DNA of 64,000 nt, from NCBI GenBank assembly GCA_003707115.1, contig PPNB01000008.1, forward strand, positions 248,001 to 312,000, given 5' to 3'. A model generated the notes under the pieces. That model made no database searches, was not told the origin of the DNA, and was given only the letters and a program-made list of their open reading frames with translations. Source of the DNA: Tortispora ganteri. Taxonomy: Eukaryota. Positions 20,978 to 31,174 of this stretch are shown piece by piece. Every line of letters starts with the position of its first letter. Position 1 is the first letter of the stretch. Made by a program: the position numbers and the translations under genes.

Positions 20978-22606
20978 TTAGTGTTTGCATGGACCGCGAC
21001 AGCCATAATTACAACCACGATTCTGGCCTTGGCCATAATTTCCAGGAATAACATAGGCAGTGTATTTCTGGTTGCATCCGGTGCAGCCAGCTTGACCGCA
21101 TCCTTGACACTTGCCCTGGACCTGGCCACAACCATTGCCATTGCATCCCATACGTCCACATCCCTGACATGCTCTCTGATTTGCGTTCTGTTGTGCTTGA
21201 GCTTGTGCTTGAGCTTGAGCCTGTGCCTGAGCCTGTGCCTGAGCCTGAGCTTGAGCCTGAGCCTGAGCCTGAGCCTGAGCTTGAGCCTGAGCCTGAGCCT
21301 GAGCACGTCTGTCTTGTTCAGCTTTGGCTTGAGCTTGCGCTTGAGAACGGGCCTTCTGTTCAGCAATAGCAGCCTCTCTAATGCGCTGAGCCTCAGCTTC
21401 TCCTTGTGGTCTGAATCCCTGTGCAGCGCGATTGTCTGACTTTGCTTGTGCATTAGCATTGGCATTAGCATTAGCATTAGCGTTGGCATTAGCCTTAGCA
21501 TTAGCACTGGATCTCGCGGAAGCGCGAGAGCTGCCGCTGCCACTTTCCTGTACAGGGTAAGAGGGACGTCCTTGAGGTCTGAATTTGCCATCACTAGCAG
21601 ATGCAGCTTCATTGGATTTAGCGTTAGCAGCAGCGCTTGCTTTGGCATAAGCATCGGATTTGCCTTGACTTCGCTGGGCCGAAGCTTCCGCATGAGCGTC
21701 AGCTTTCGCACTGGCACTGCTCGCAACGTCTTTAGAACCAGGTCTCTCGGTACCTGCAATCTCGGCACGACCGTTGCTGTTAGACTGAGCGGCAGCATGA
21801 GCTTCGGCATGGGCGCTGGTACCAGCGTTATTGTGTTCTTCTACACCGGCCGTTCCAGGGCGGCTGAAAGGACGTCTGTTGTCGCTAGAATGAGCTTTAG
21901 CATAGGCATCGGCATGAGCATCACCTTGTTTTCTGGAGTCAGAGTCAGCGGGACCTTTGCCTTTACCAGCAGCTTGTGACTTTCTTTGCTCATTGAAGTT
22001 TTGCTGAGGCTGAGGAGCTTCAGCGCCTTTGGCTTCAGGCTTATTTTCAGTCTTTCCTGTAGATTTCACCTCAGGCTTCTTATTAGGCATAGGCTTAGCG
22101 GCTTCGTTGGTTGTAGCAGCTTTGGGCTTGGGTTCCTGGTTAGCCATGCTCTGATTGGGGATAGGAGACACAATTTGGGCGGTGCTAAAACATTCCTCAG
22201 ACCAGTCAGCTGCGCGGCTGTCGATCTCGCGAGGAATTTGGAGAAGGCTTACATCAGGCCCCACTAGTTCAATAAGCTCAACAGTCCGGCGGATAACTTC
22301 AAGAGCCTGACCGTTGATGGAGATGGTGCATTCGCCGTTTCTGCCTGTTGCAGCAGCGAAAGCTTCCGAGCCGGTGAGGCCACCTGCAGACATGAAGCGA
22401 GCGCCCATCATGTCAACGATGACGAAAGCAGAAGCAGAAGCAGAAGCGGAAGCAGAACTATCAGAAGTAGTTTTAGGAGCACCTGAGCTGCGGAGATCTT
22501 TTGCCACTTCAGCGCTGACTTCAGCAGCAGATTTGGCATAGGATTCAGCCCCGTAAGTGGAGGCAGCAGCAGCCAAAGCGGGAAACAATACGAAAAATGA
22601 ATGCAT
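20978..22606 (-). CDS. Secreted Ala/Gln-rich repetitive protein with Cys/Gly-rich tail (paralog A)
   Basis: Signal peptide [15 protein letters not shown], alternating Ala-X blocks, (AN)n, (AQ)~19, CQGC repeats. Confidence 0.85.
   Translation of the reverse strand: MHSFFVLFPALAAAASTYGAESYAKSAAEVSAEVAKDLRSSGAPKTTSDSSASASASASAFVIVDMMGARFMSAGGLTGSEAFAAATGRNGECTISINGQALEVIRRTVELIELVGPDVSLLQIPREIDSRAADWSEECFSTAQIVSPIPNQSMANQEPKPKAATTNEAAKPMPNKKPEVKSTGKTENKPEAKGAEAPQPQQNFNEQRKSQAAGKGKGPADSDSRKQGDAHADAYAKAHSSDNRRPFSRPGTAGVEEHNNAGTSAHAEAHAAAQSNSNGRAEIAGTERPGSKDVASSASAKADAHAEASAQRSQGKSDAYAKASAAANAKSNEAASASDGKFRPQGRPSYPVQESGSGSSRASARSSANAKANANANANANANANAQAKSDNRAAQGFRPQGEAEAQRIREAAIAEQKARSQAQAQAKAEQDRRAQAQAQAQAQAQAQAQAQAQAQAQAQAQAQAQAQAQAQQNANQRACQGCGRMGCNGNGCGQVQGKCQGCGQAGCTGCNQKYTAYVIPGNYGQGQNRGCNYGCRGPCKH
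21191..21304 (-). repeat. Coding hexamer microsatellite (GCTCAR/GCACAR) encoding (AQ)~19
   Basis: 114 bp of tandem 6-mers read directly. Confidence 0.95.
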
Positions 22607-23268
22607 GTTTTTTAGACGAATGAGTGAAACGAGGTCGGTTGAGATTGAATGAAATTCAGGAAAACATGCCCATATAAATATTACTTCAAGAATTGGTGAC
22701 ATTTAATTGACTTGCCTTTTCAGGTAAGGTCTACACAACATTTGGAATACATATCTGCTCAATGATAGATGTTGTGGCTTAATATGTTCATTATTACCGA
22801 TATCCCGTGTTTATGACTCTAAATATGGATATGAGACTCTTTGCATTATTCATTTCCTAAAGGGTTTTCTCAGATTTGCGTAAGAAATCTCATCCACTTC
22901 TCAGGGTCTATTCGCTTTCTGGTTAATCTGCGCAGACTGTATAGGGTCTATTCGCAGTCGACATGAGGTCTATTAGTTTCTGTGCGTGCTATGGCATATT
23001 TGGATAATTATTATCAAACTGCGGCGATATGTGGTAAATGAGTAGTTATAGACTACCACTGCTTATTCACCAACCTTTCGCGGTTTTTCTTATGTATGCA
23101 GAGTTAACTCAGGGACCATCTATAGTGATGATATTACATGATATTACACCTATCGCCTTAAAGTTGATTCAATCAGGGCACCATTTGCTGAGAGATCTAC
23201 AATTATAAACGAGGAGTTGATCAGTATTCTATAACGCTTCTATATTCAGTTTTTCAGGTTAATCCAGC

Positions 23269-24606
23269 TCAATTTTGAGTGCTAACTCGTGCCTTAGCTT
23301 CTGCTTTTGCCTCTGCTTTTGCTTTTGCTTGACCACTAGACACAGATTGAGCTTGTGATTGAGCATGCGCTTTTGCTTGAGCATCAATTTCAGCTTTGCC
23401 TTTGCCAGTGTACTCTGTTTTAGCGTGTGTTTGTGCCTTGGATTTGGCCTCAACTTGAGCTGCTCCTTCAGACTTAGATTTGACTAGAGCATTAGCATTG
23501 GCACTAGCCCTAGCTTGTCCTTGCACACCTGCCTGGTTTTCTGACTTCATGGCAACATTTGCATCTGCTTTTGCTTCAGCTTGTGCTTTTGCTTCAGCTT
23601 GTGCTTTTGCGTCAGCTTGTGCTTTAGCGTCAGCTTGTGCTTTAGCGTCAGCTTGTGCTTTAGCTTCAGCTTGTGCTTTAGCTTCAGCTTGTGCTTTAGC
23701 TTCAGCTTGTGCTTTAGCTTCAGCTTGTGCTTTAGCTTCAGCTTGAGCGCTAGCATCAGCTTTGGCTTCAATTTGTGCTTTCGTATCAACCTGAGCAGAA
23801 GCTTTTGCTTCAGCGGTAAGTGCAATTGAAAGCATGGTTGCAGATTCAACAGACTCTATAGTTCTTGTTGAGGCAAAAGTCTTGCAGCTGGAGCAAGGCA
23901 AGCCCTGTTTACACTTTTGACAGTTATTCGTTTTGCACTTGGTGGCTTCACAGTTTTTCTTGTCTTTTTTGTTGCAAGGAGAATTCTTTTTATCATTCTG
24001 ACAAGACTTATTTCCAGATTGTGCAGCGTTACTCTTTTTTGAGCCGCTAGGAGACTGTGACTGACCGCTTTGTTCATTTTGTGGAGAAATAACGCTCTTG
24101 TTATCTTTGTTTTTCCCAATAAGACTTTGACGGTCACTATTAGATTTATGGTCGCCGGATCCCTTAGATGTTTTCGAGAGCTTCTGCATGCTGGGGAAGG
24201 AGTAGAAAGAGACGCAGTTTTCACCTTCTGAGCACTGAGCGTATTCCGTGATTTCAATAGTGCGTTTTTTTGTCTCAAGAGGCTTGTTGTTAATGTATAC
24301 AACTACTTTACCATTAGCCTCGACTCTAGACTGGACAGATTTGGGGTCTTTCACAGTGTCTTTAGTGAAGAAAGGCAGACCGTCGATATTGACGACAGCA
24401 AAAGACTCGGCGTTGGCATGTGCAGTAGAGTTAGACATGGCTAAGGCAGTTGCATTAGTTGAGGCGCTGGCGCCGGTATTAGCATTGGATTCAGCTTGGA
24501 CATTGGCGCTAGCAGCAGCGACTGCTTCGGCCTGGGCTCGACCTTCTGGACTCAAGGGGGCGGATAAAGCGCTAGTTGCGAATAGGGCAAGTGTAAGAGC
24601 GTGCAT
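23269..24606 (-). CDS. Secreted Ala-rich repetitive protein with (AEAKAQ)n and Cys/Lys cluster (paralog B)
   Basis: Signal peptide MHALTLALFATSALSA, N-domain similar to paralog A, Cys cluster CQKCKQGLPCSSC. Confidence 0.85.
   Translation of the reverse strand: MHALTLALFATSALSAPLSPEGRAQAEAVAAASANVQAESNANTGASASTNATALAMSNSTAHANAESFAVVNIDGLPFFTKDTVKDPKSVQSRVEANGKVVVYINNKPLETKKRTIEITEYAQCSEGENCVSFYSFPSMQKLSKTSKGSGDHKSNSDRQSLIGKNKDNKSVISPQNEQSGQSQSPSGSKKSNAAQSGNKSCQNDKKNSPCNKKDKKNCEATKCKTNNCQKCKQGLPCSSCKTFASTRTIESVESATMLSIALTAEAKASAQVDTKAQIEAKADASAQAEAKAQAEAKAQAEAKAQAEAKAQAEAKAQADAKAQADAKAQADAKAQAEAKAQAEAKADANVAMKSENQAGVQGQARASANANALVKSKSEGAAQVEAKSKAQTHAKTEYTGKGKAEIDAQAKAHAQSQAQSVSSGQAKAKAEAKAEAKARVSTQN
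23563..23742 (-). repeat. Coding 18-bp minisatellite encoding ~10 A(E/D)AKAQ units
   Basis: GCTGAAGCTAAAGCACAA-type units read directly. Confidence 0.95.
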
Positions 24607-25123
24607 TTTCGTAATAAGGAAGAGAAGGCGAAGAAGATCATTATATAGATGAGAAGTGAGAGAATTGAGGAATGAAAAAAAACGAGAGAATATGAGGGAA
24701 TATACGCAAAAGTGTATGTCGATCTGTTAGAATGTGAACCCTTGTGAGGTGGAAGCAAATACAATATGCAACATGAGCAAATTAGCATACGACATAAGCG
24801 CACATAAGACACATGAGGGAATACAGTGGTATGTTTCAAAAATGTTTATGAAGATGCTCGATTATTGTATATAGCTCTATATATCATGTGACACAGAAGA
24901 AAGGATGTATAATGTTGTTCTATGGAACTTCGAAAAAGTATATGCGCCGCATGGCGGACAAAGGCAAGTCCCAAGAGTTGCGCTAGTGCGGTTAAAAGTA
25001 AGAAGAGGGGGTTGGGCAACCGGGCGAGAGGCAGGAACATTCAGGCTTTTTTTTAACCGACTTCTCCACTAGACGTGCAGATATAATTAATCACAGCAAA
25101 GGCGGCTCAGAGGGAAAAATAAC

Positions 25124-26134
25124 ATGGATCCATCGCTAGATCCAAATTTTGTACCTCCACTGGAAGTGCCAGAGGGGAGTGTCCCTATAATGCAGCCGCC
25201 AGCAGTCGACATGCCTCCTATCGTTGAGCTTGCGCTTGACGAAACTGTAGTGATTGGTGAAGGTGAAAACGACAATATTCCACCTTCACGGCTGCGTGGT
25301 GGCTCTAATAATGCTTCACGAATTTCACTGGGTGACCTCGAAGAGATTCCAAGAGGAATTTCTAGGCAAGCGCGATCTCTAGATGATTATGAGTTCCCTA
25401 CATACCGTTTACGCACACGACTTAAAGATCCCGAAAAGCACCCACTTGTAGTGGTAGCGTGTGGATCTTTTTCACCAATCACGTACCTGCATTTGCGCAT
25501 GTTCGAGATGGCACTAGATGCAGTTACTGAAAGTACCCGGTTTGAGGTCGTGGGTGGGTACTACTCGCCCGTCTCAGATAACTACCGCAAGCCGGGACTG
25601 GCTGAATCACACCATAGAGTGCGTATGTGTGAACTGGCATGCGAGCGCACATCATCATGGCTCATGGTAGATGCCTGGGAGAGCTTGCAGCCGACATATA
25701 CGCGCACATCCCTCGTACTGGACCACTTCAATGAGGAGATTAACGTCAAGCGAGGTGGTATAGACGGCCGCAAGGCTCGCATAATGCTGCTTGCAGGTGG
25801 TGATTTAATAGAATCTATGGGCGAGCCCAATGTCTGGGCGGATGCCGACCTGCATCACATTCTCGGTTGGTATGGCTGCCTAATCGTTGAACGAACTGGT
25901 TCAGATGTGCGTAACTTCTTACTGTCTCACGATATTATGTATAAACATCGCAAGAATGTTTTAGTCGTCAAACAGCTAATCTACAACGATATTTCGTCTA
26001 CTAAAGTGCGTCTATTTATTAGACGTGGAATGTCGGTGCAGTATTTGCTTCCAAATTCTGTTATACACTATATCCGACAGCACCAGCTGTACGTCAACGA
26101 TTCAGAGCCTGTGAAGATGGTTCTCACAAAATGA
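25124..26134 (+). CDS. NMA1: Nicotinamide/nicotinate mononucleotide adenylyltransferase
   Basis: ACGSFSPITYLHLRMFEMA, DISSTKVRLFIRRGMSVQYLLP. Confidence 0.96.
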   Translation: MDPSLDPNFVPPLEVPEGSVPIMQPPAVDMPPIVELALDETVVIGEGENDNIPPSRLRGGSNNASRISLGDLEEIPRGISRQARSLDDYEFPTYRLRTRLKDPEKHPLVVVACGSFSPITYLHLRMFEMALDAVTESTRFEVVGGYYSPVSDNYRKPGLAESHHRVRMCELACERTSSWLMVDAWESLQPTYTRTSLVLDHFNEEINVKRGGIDGRKARIMLLAGGDLIESMGEPNVWADADLHHILGWYGCLIVERTGSDVRNFLLSHDIMYKHRKNVLVVKQLIYNDISSTKVRLFIRRGMSVQYLLPNSVIHYIRQHQLYVNDSEPVKMVLTK

Positions 26135-26188
26135 GCTCTATAATGATAGCACACAACAGCCATTATTCTGTGTTGTAGTTTCTATTTT

Positions 26189-26596
26189 TTAAACATAAAC
26201 ATGAGTCTGCTTCATGAATGCCCTTTTTGTCTCCTCTATAGATCCTTCTAAGTAATTGCCTGCCTCCATTGCAGCTTGCATTTTTTTAGATTTCCCCATA
26301 CGAACAGCCTGCCGCTTACGACCTGTGCGACCCCAGTGCATATGCGCAAGATTTTTAACAAGCTTGTGCTCTATACCTCGGTACTCTCCAGCGATACGCA
26401 ACATCTCGATGGTGTTTTTAAATCGTTGCTCCTCGTCCTCGGGCGACTCGTCGAACCATTTAGTTCGTGCCGCCATTGCCATCCGCTGACGTATGTACGC
26501 GTCCAGCAGGCGCTTCTGAGGCTGAACGTGTTGTACAGCCCGATGACCCCATCGTATAAGCGCGCGGTACCGACTCAGGGCCTTGTAGCGATCCAT
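26189..26596 (-). CDS. Small basic LYR-like protein (DUF1763/Irc19-like), probably mitochondrial
   Basis: YRALIRWGHRAVQH, RFKNTIEML, GIEHKLVKNL. Confidence 0.6.
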   Translation of the reverse strand: MDRYKALSRYRALIRWGHRAVQHVQPQKRLLDAYIRQRMAMAARTKWFDESPEDEEQRFKNTIEMLRIAGEYRGIEHKLVKNLAHMHWGRTGRKRQAVRMGKSKKMQAAMEAGNYLEGSIEETKRAFMKQTHVYV

Positions 26597-26800
26597 TAGT
26601 TGGTCCTGCGGCGCAAATCGACGTGCAACTGATCTCCGTTATGCAACACAGTTATAGGACCAGCTTGGTAGGGTAACATTCTACCAGTCGTAACCTTATA
26701 TACACTTCAAACCGCACAGATACGGCCTTTCCCTTATTCTGCTCGTTTTTTAGTTGATCGCCGGCCTGCATTTTTGCATTTAACCAAATAAATATCGTAA

Positions 26801-28024
26801 ATGCCGCCAGACCTAATAGATACTGAATCAGTTTCTGTGGCTTCTGGCGATACCCCGACGCACAACTGCCTGAGTCTTGACACGCCGCAACAATGCGAAG
26901 GTGGTACCACATCGCCCGACTCTGAGAATGGCGAGTCTCAATTGGATACAGCTTCAGTGACAGATCCAGGACTCGCTGATGAACAGTCTGTTCTTCGATT
27001 AAAAATTATGGAGTTAAAAAGGAGCGGGATATCTGATCGTGAACTGACGCGCGAGATGCAGAAACTCATGACCGAAAAGTTCTACGCTCTGACTGCTAAC
27101 AAGAAGATCTTGCCGCGGTCAAACCTGCTACCGACTTATTGGGACAAAGAGAACGATATTCTTGGGTGTGCTCACTACCAGCGAGGAGTAAAGCTTCAGT
27201 GCTCACATTGTGGCAGATGGTACACGTGCCGGTTTTGCCACGACGAGGTAGAACGCGACCATCGTCTGATCCGCTCCGAAACGAAGAACATGCTCTGTAT
27301 GCGATGCTCGACTATCCAACCTTGCGCTGCCGATTGTTATGAATGCGGTGCCACTACGGCGCACTACTACTGCGACAAGTGCAAGCTATGGGACGATGAC
27401 GTGACTAAAAGCATATATCACTGTTCAGAGTGCGGAATCTGCCGTGTTGGCCAGGGTCTAGGCAAAGACTTCTTTCACTGCAAGACATGCAACGTATGCA
27501 TGGACATATCACTTGAAGACTCACACCGCTGTGTCGAAAACTCTATGGACTGTAACTGCCCCATATGCGGGGAATATTTGTTTACGAGTACGCAAACGGT
27601 TGTGTTCATGTCATGTGGCCACTCTATTCACCAGTCCTGTTACTACGAACACACGCGTCGAAGTTATAAATGTCCAACGTGTGCACGTTCAATCATAAAT
27701 ATGGAATCGAAGTTCCGTATGCTTGATAGAGAGATCGAGATGACCCAGCTACCGCAGCCTTATTGCAACTGGCGCGTTGTGATCGGATGCAACGACTGCA
27801 GCTGCAAGTCTAACATTAAATTTCATTTCCTCGGTTTACGATGTGATAACTGCGGTAGCTACAACACAGCACAGGTGCGTCTCATCAAAGGCGAGGACGA
27901 AATAGCCCCCAGACACGTACAAGAAGCCGACCGTACAGACATACCTGACCACGAATTTGATGACCTTGACGAGGATATCGTACATTTGACACCTGGAATT
28001 GGTTCCTTTTTGCATAATAATTAA
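26801..28024 (+). CDS. CHY zinc finger / RING E3 ligase (RCHY1/Pirh2-like)
   Basis: GCAHYQRGVKLQCSHC, CPICGEYLF, CGHSIHQSC, FHFLGLRCDNCGSYNT. Confidence 0.93.
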   Translation: MPPDLIDTESVSVASGDTPTHNCLSLDTPQQCEGGTTSPDSENGESQLDTASVTDPGLADEQSVLRLKIMELKRSGISDRELTREMQKLMTEKFYALTANKKILPRSNLLPTYWDKENDILGCAHYQRGVKLQCSHCGRWYTCRFCHDEVERDHRLIRSETKNMLCMRCSTIQPCAADCYECGATTAHYYCDKCKLWDDDVTKSIYHCSECGICRVGQGLGKDFFHCKTCNVCMDISLEDSHRCVENSMDCNCPICGEYLFTSTQTVVFMSCGHSIHQSCYYEHTRRSYKCPTCARSIINMESKFRMLDREIEMTQLPQPYCNWRVVIGCNDCSCKSNIKFHFLGLRCDNCGSYNTAQVRLIKGEDEIAPRHVQEADRTDIPDHEFDDLDEDIVHLTPGIGSFLHNN

Positions 28025-28115
28025 TCTCGATTTCTAATGAGCATGACATTCTCTCTTACCTCTTATGCTGTCTTATAATAAACCTCTCTTTAACTCTACC
28101 TTAACACCAACACAA

Positions 28116-28128
28116 CCCCCCCCCCCCC
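28116..28128. repeat. Poly(C)13 homopolymer
   Basis: Read directly, 10 nt before ATG 28139. Confidence 0.9.
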
Positions 28129-28138
28129 TTTGTAGACC

Positions 28139-28849
28139 ATGACTTCGCCAACACTCGCGGACTCTGAATCGCTTGATCATGTGCACAACGTAGTATCACG
28201 AAGAATAGAATTGTTCAATACTATAATAGGCGTGTTATGTATAGATGGATCACCTGCTATAGTATCCACAGTACGTCGCCTGAACCTGCAACCCGAGAAG
28301 CTGTGTAACCCTTCAGCCACAGTACACTACTATGATCTTGCACAGTCTATGGATCCTTTACTACGACATATGGACGTCATGTCGATTGATGAAATTTTAG
28401 ACACACTAATTAGCCTCACATGTTCAACATTTGGCGTTCAGACACCGCAAACACTAAAACCTAGCCGATCGTGGCTAGGTTTATCGCGATCAAAGAAGAA
28501 AAGTGACTCTAATCTGCAGATATCTAAAAAATTATCTGATTGGACATGGAACTCAGGAATTGCCGATTCCTGGTCTTGGGAGGCATATTCAAGCTCAGCA
28601 AGCCCGTCAAGTATAGTACCTTTTGCGCTATCAGGCCCTGTCGCGGCGTCTTGCCTTTTTGAGCTTCTCAAGCTGCTCTACAAAAAACTCAACTCAAGAG
28701 TCACAGAATCTACAATACAGAAGTTCGAAGTATTTGATGATCTAGTTCGTCGAAATGTCTTAATAGGACTAACAGAGTCGGTCCATTCGGCGGCGGCAGC
28801 AGAACTTCAGAAAGAGCTCCACACTCTCCAAGAACGCCTGGCTATCTAA
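28139..28849 (+). CDS. Hypothetical helical protein (resembles a conserved fungal uncharacterised family)
   Basis: 236-aa ATG ORF filling the intergenic space; no named motif. Confidence 0.7.
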   Translation: MTSPTLADSESLDHVHNVVSRRIELFNTIIGVLCIDGSPAIVSTVRRLNLQPEKLCNPSATVHYYDLAQSMDPLLRHMDVMSIDEILDTLISLTCSTFGVQTPQTLKPSRSWLGLSRSKKKSDSNLQISKKLSDWTWNSGIADSWSWEAYSSSASPSSIVPFALSGPVAASCLFELLKLLYKKLNSRVTESTIQKFEVFDDLVRRNVLIGLTESVHSAAAAELQKELHTLQERLAI

Positions 28850-28912
28850 CACAATTTGTGTGTTTATATGTGTATTTATTAAAAGAATGACGTTTCCCTC
28901 GCATGTAGTCAA

Positions 28913-29467
28913 TTACTGGAAGGATCGTACAGGGTAGTTGGGCGGATATGTGGCACCTTCTTCGAATGAGAGGATGCGCAACTTGTTCTCCGCTTGCCTA
29001 ACAGGTTTAGGAGGTAAGCCGTCTTTTGCTAAGACCTCACCAGATATAATTGATGGATCTAATTTAGATAGAACGTTGCTCAGGGGCTCAGTAGAGGATG
29101 TTGCCATGGTCAGTGCTTTCTCACCTGCAGCGCCCACGGGCAAGCGAGGATTCTGTGCCGATCCGACAGTCAGTAGTGTGCTCAGTGTCTTCTGGTCAAC
29201 GAATGAAAGTTTCGGGTAGTCTCGACGTACATCGCGCTTCCAATACGGATTGTCGGCAATATCGCCAGACGGGATGGTTAGTGGGTCACGGTAGACCTTC
29301 GATTCTGGACGAGAAAAAGGCTGAGGATCGCGATTGTAGGGAACATACGGATTACCGGAAGATCGATTAGGAGCAACCGCCAGCCACTGGCGAATCTTTT
29401 CCCAGATACCTTTAGATGGGGTAGTGTATTTCTTCCAGACCGGTTGTGCGCCGCCAGGAAGTACCAT
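28913..29467 (-). CDS. NADH:ubiquinone oxidoreductase accessory subunit (NUZM/21.3 kDa, NDUFA7-like)
   Basis: KKYTTPSKGIWEKIRQWLAVAPNRSSGNP, DIADNPYWKRDVRRDYPKLS, YPVRSF. Confidence 0.92.
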   Translation of the reverse strand: MVLPGGAQPVWKKYTTPSKGIWEKIRQWLAVAPNRSSGNPYVPYNRDPQPFSRPESKVYRDPLTIPSGDIADNPYWKRDVRRDYPKLSFVDQKTLSTLLTVGSAQNPRLPVGAAGEKALTMATSSTEPLSNVLSKLDPSIISGEVLAKDGLPPKPVRQAENKLRILSFEEGATYPPNYPVRSFQ

Positions 29468-29695
29468 TTTGTGTACGTAGCCACCGATAATAAGAGTGTA
29501 AAGAAAGAAGTGTAGGTATGTAGCAAAAACGGATGTTGTGATTGGGTGTTTAGTTAGTAGGGTTAGGGTAAAACGAGGTTCCGCTTTGTGTGAGAGCTAG
29601 CTAGCAAGGCCAGTGGTCGTTTAAGCGTGTCTATATTGAATTCATACATAGATGTGAGTACAGAATACTTATGTGTATTACTCATGGGTCATTAT

Positions 29696-30580
29696 TCATG
29701 ATGTGTTAGGCGTTGTGGAACTGACAAACTCGAGATAGACTGTAACGGAAGGAGGTGAGTTGTCGAACGGTGGTACACCTTCGTCCTCGAAGAACTCGCC
29801 TAATAAATCGTCTATTCCTTTTTGGCAGTTTGTAAGAGAATTGTATAATTTGGTCCATTTGTTTGGATCGATCAAATCGAGAGAAGCGTTGAGCTGCTGT
29901 GTGGCTGTCACTAACTGCAGAATGAGTTCTTTCCAAGCCAAACATTTTGCCAATTTGTGTGCAACATTATCAGAAGCAACTGATAGGTCCATTTCTGTAT
30001 AGTCAAAAGAATTCACGTCAATATTATGCTCCAGATCATCTGACATGAAGGCGTCAAGATCATCTAAGTTGTTCTTAAAGTATGCAATGTTCGTCGATAT
30101 TGTTTCGTGGTAGAGGTCAATGACAGTGATATTAAGGAAACGTTTTAAATGCTGGACGTCAGCCAGGCGACGTTTTAGATCGGTAGTTGTGATTGTATGC
30201 CAATTTTGAGAAGCTAGCATTTTCAATTCTGCGGTGGTTGCTTGTCGTGAAACAGGACCGCCATGAAAAGTGTCAAGTAACTGAGGATTGACTTGCATTT
30301 CTTCATCGGACCAATTAATAGAGTACATCGCATATGGAGCTGCAGCTCTGCCTAGCAAATTAGACACTTCTTCTGCTATTTTGTCGACCATCTCCTGGTT
30401 GGCTGGAGGTTTGAGAGCGACAGCCATTTTGTAGATATTTGCTTCGATCGCAGCAGCAATGGCTCCAATGACTTTTAAAGGAGGATTGACATTGCTCAAT
30501 GAACTAATTTGAGATTTTATTGACTCTGGATCTTGAATAATTGCCTTTAAAGATTCTGTGCCGTAATCGCCAGGCTGCAT
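29696..30580 (-). CDS. Orphan 294-aa acidic, probably helical protein
   Basis: Long ATG-initiated ORF; no family recognised. Confidence 0.7.
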   Translation of the reverse strand: MQPGDYGTESLKAIIQDPESIKSQISSLSNVNPPLKVIGAIAAAIEANIYKMAVALKPPANQEMVDKIAEEVSNLLGRAAAPYAMYSINWSDEEMQVNPQLLDTFHGGPVSRQATTAELKMLASQNWHTITTTDLKRRLADVQHLKRFLNITVIDLYHETISTNIAYFKNNLDDLDAFMSDDLEHNIDVNSFDYTEMDLSVASDNVAHKLAKCLAWKELILQLVTATQQLNASLDLIDPNKWTKLYNSLTNCQKGIDDLLGEFFEDEGVPPFDNSPPSVTVYLEFVSSTTPNTS

Positions 30581-31174
30581 TAGTTCTCAAATTTAAAGAA
30601 TTTAATCAAACCTAAGTAAAAATCCCAGTGGTCATTTGACAGTCAAATTTGGGAGCTCGGTTTTATTAGTGCCATTTTTCCATTTTGGCCTATACTACCT
30701 CGGCAAGTGCCCAGAATGTGCATGTGAGTCAACTAACTTTCTTGATTTGATAGCAAGTCTCAAATCGAAATCTTGCAGCTAGCGCTTCAGAAATGTCTTA
30801 TTGCTATAAAAATTATATCTATAAAGCAGATAAAAATGTATATAGCAATTTATTTTGTACAATGGCTAATTGTACTGTCATGCATTTTCCTAACAAACCA
30901 ACATCTTGCCTGATCGAAACTGATAAAGTTCACCATTTACCATGTCATTAAAGCTTCCATACAACCAATTGGTTAAAAAAATGGTTTAAGTTTTCTAATA
31001 ACTTATTATTGGTCCATTACTATCGGTCTTTCGAACCAATTTTTCCGAATATTGAGGCATGTGAACTAATGTGAAAAGAAGATAATAAGGGCGGATCCCG
31101 GATCAATTTGACCCTTTCCGATTATATAACTACATTAATTGCACATTTGAATGTTATAAAGAAAGCATTCAAGA

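Noticed and set aside
23125..23191. C/D box snoRNA (GTGATGA...CTGA)
   Set aside because: No recognisable antisense rRNA guide and no C'/D' boxes; motifs are short enough to be chance
20962..23849. Overlapping ORFs with (LR)n, (LS)n, (EP)n and (LKHK)n repeats
   Set aside because: Alternative-frame or antisense shadows of the Ala-X repeats; no independent gene signals
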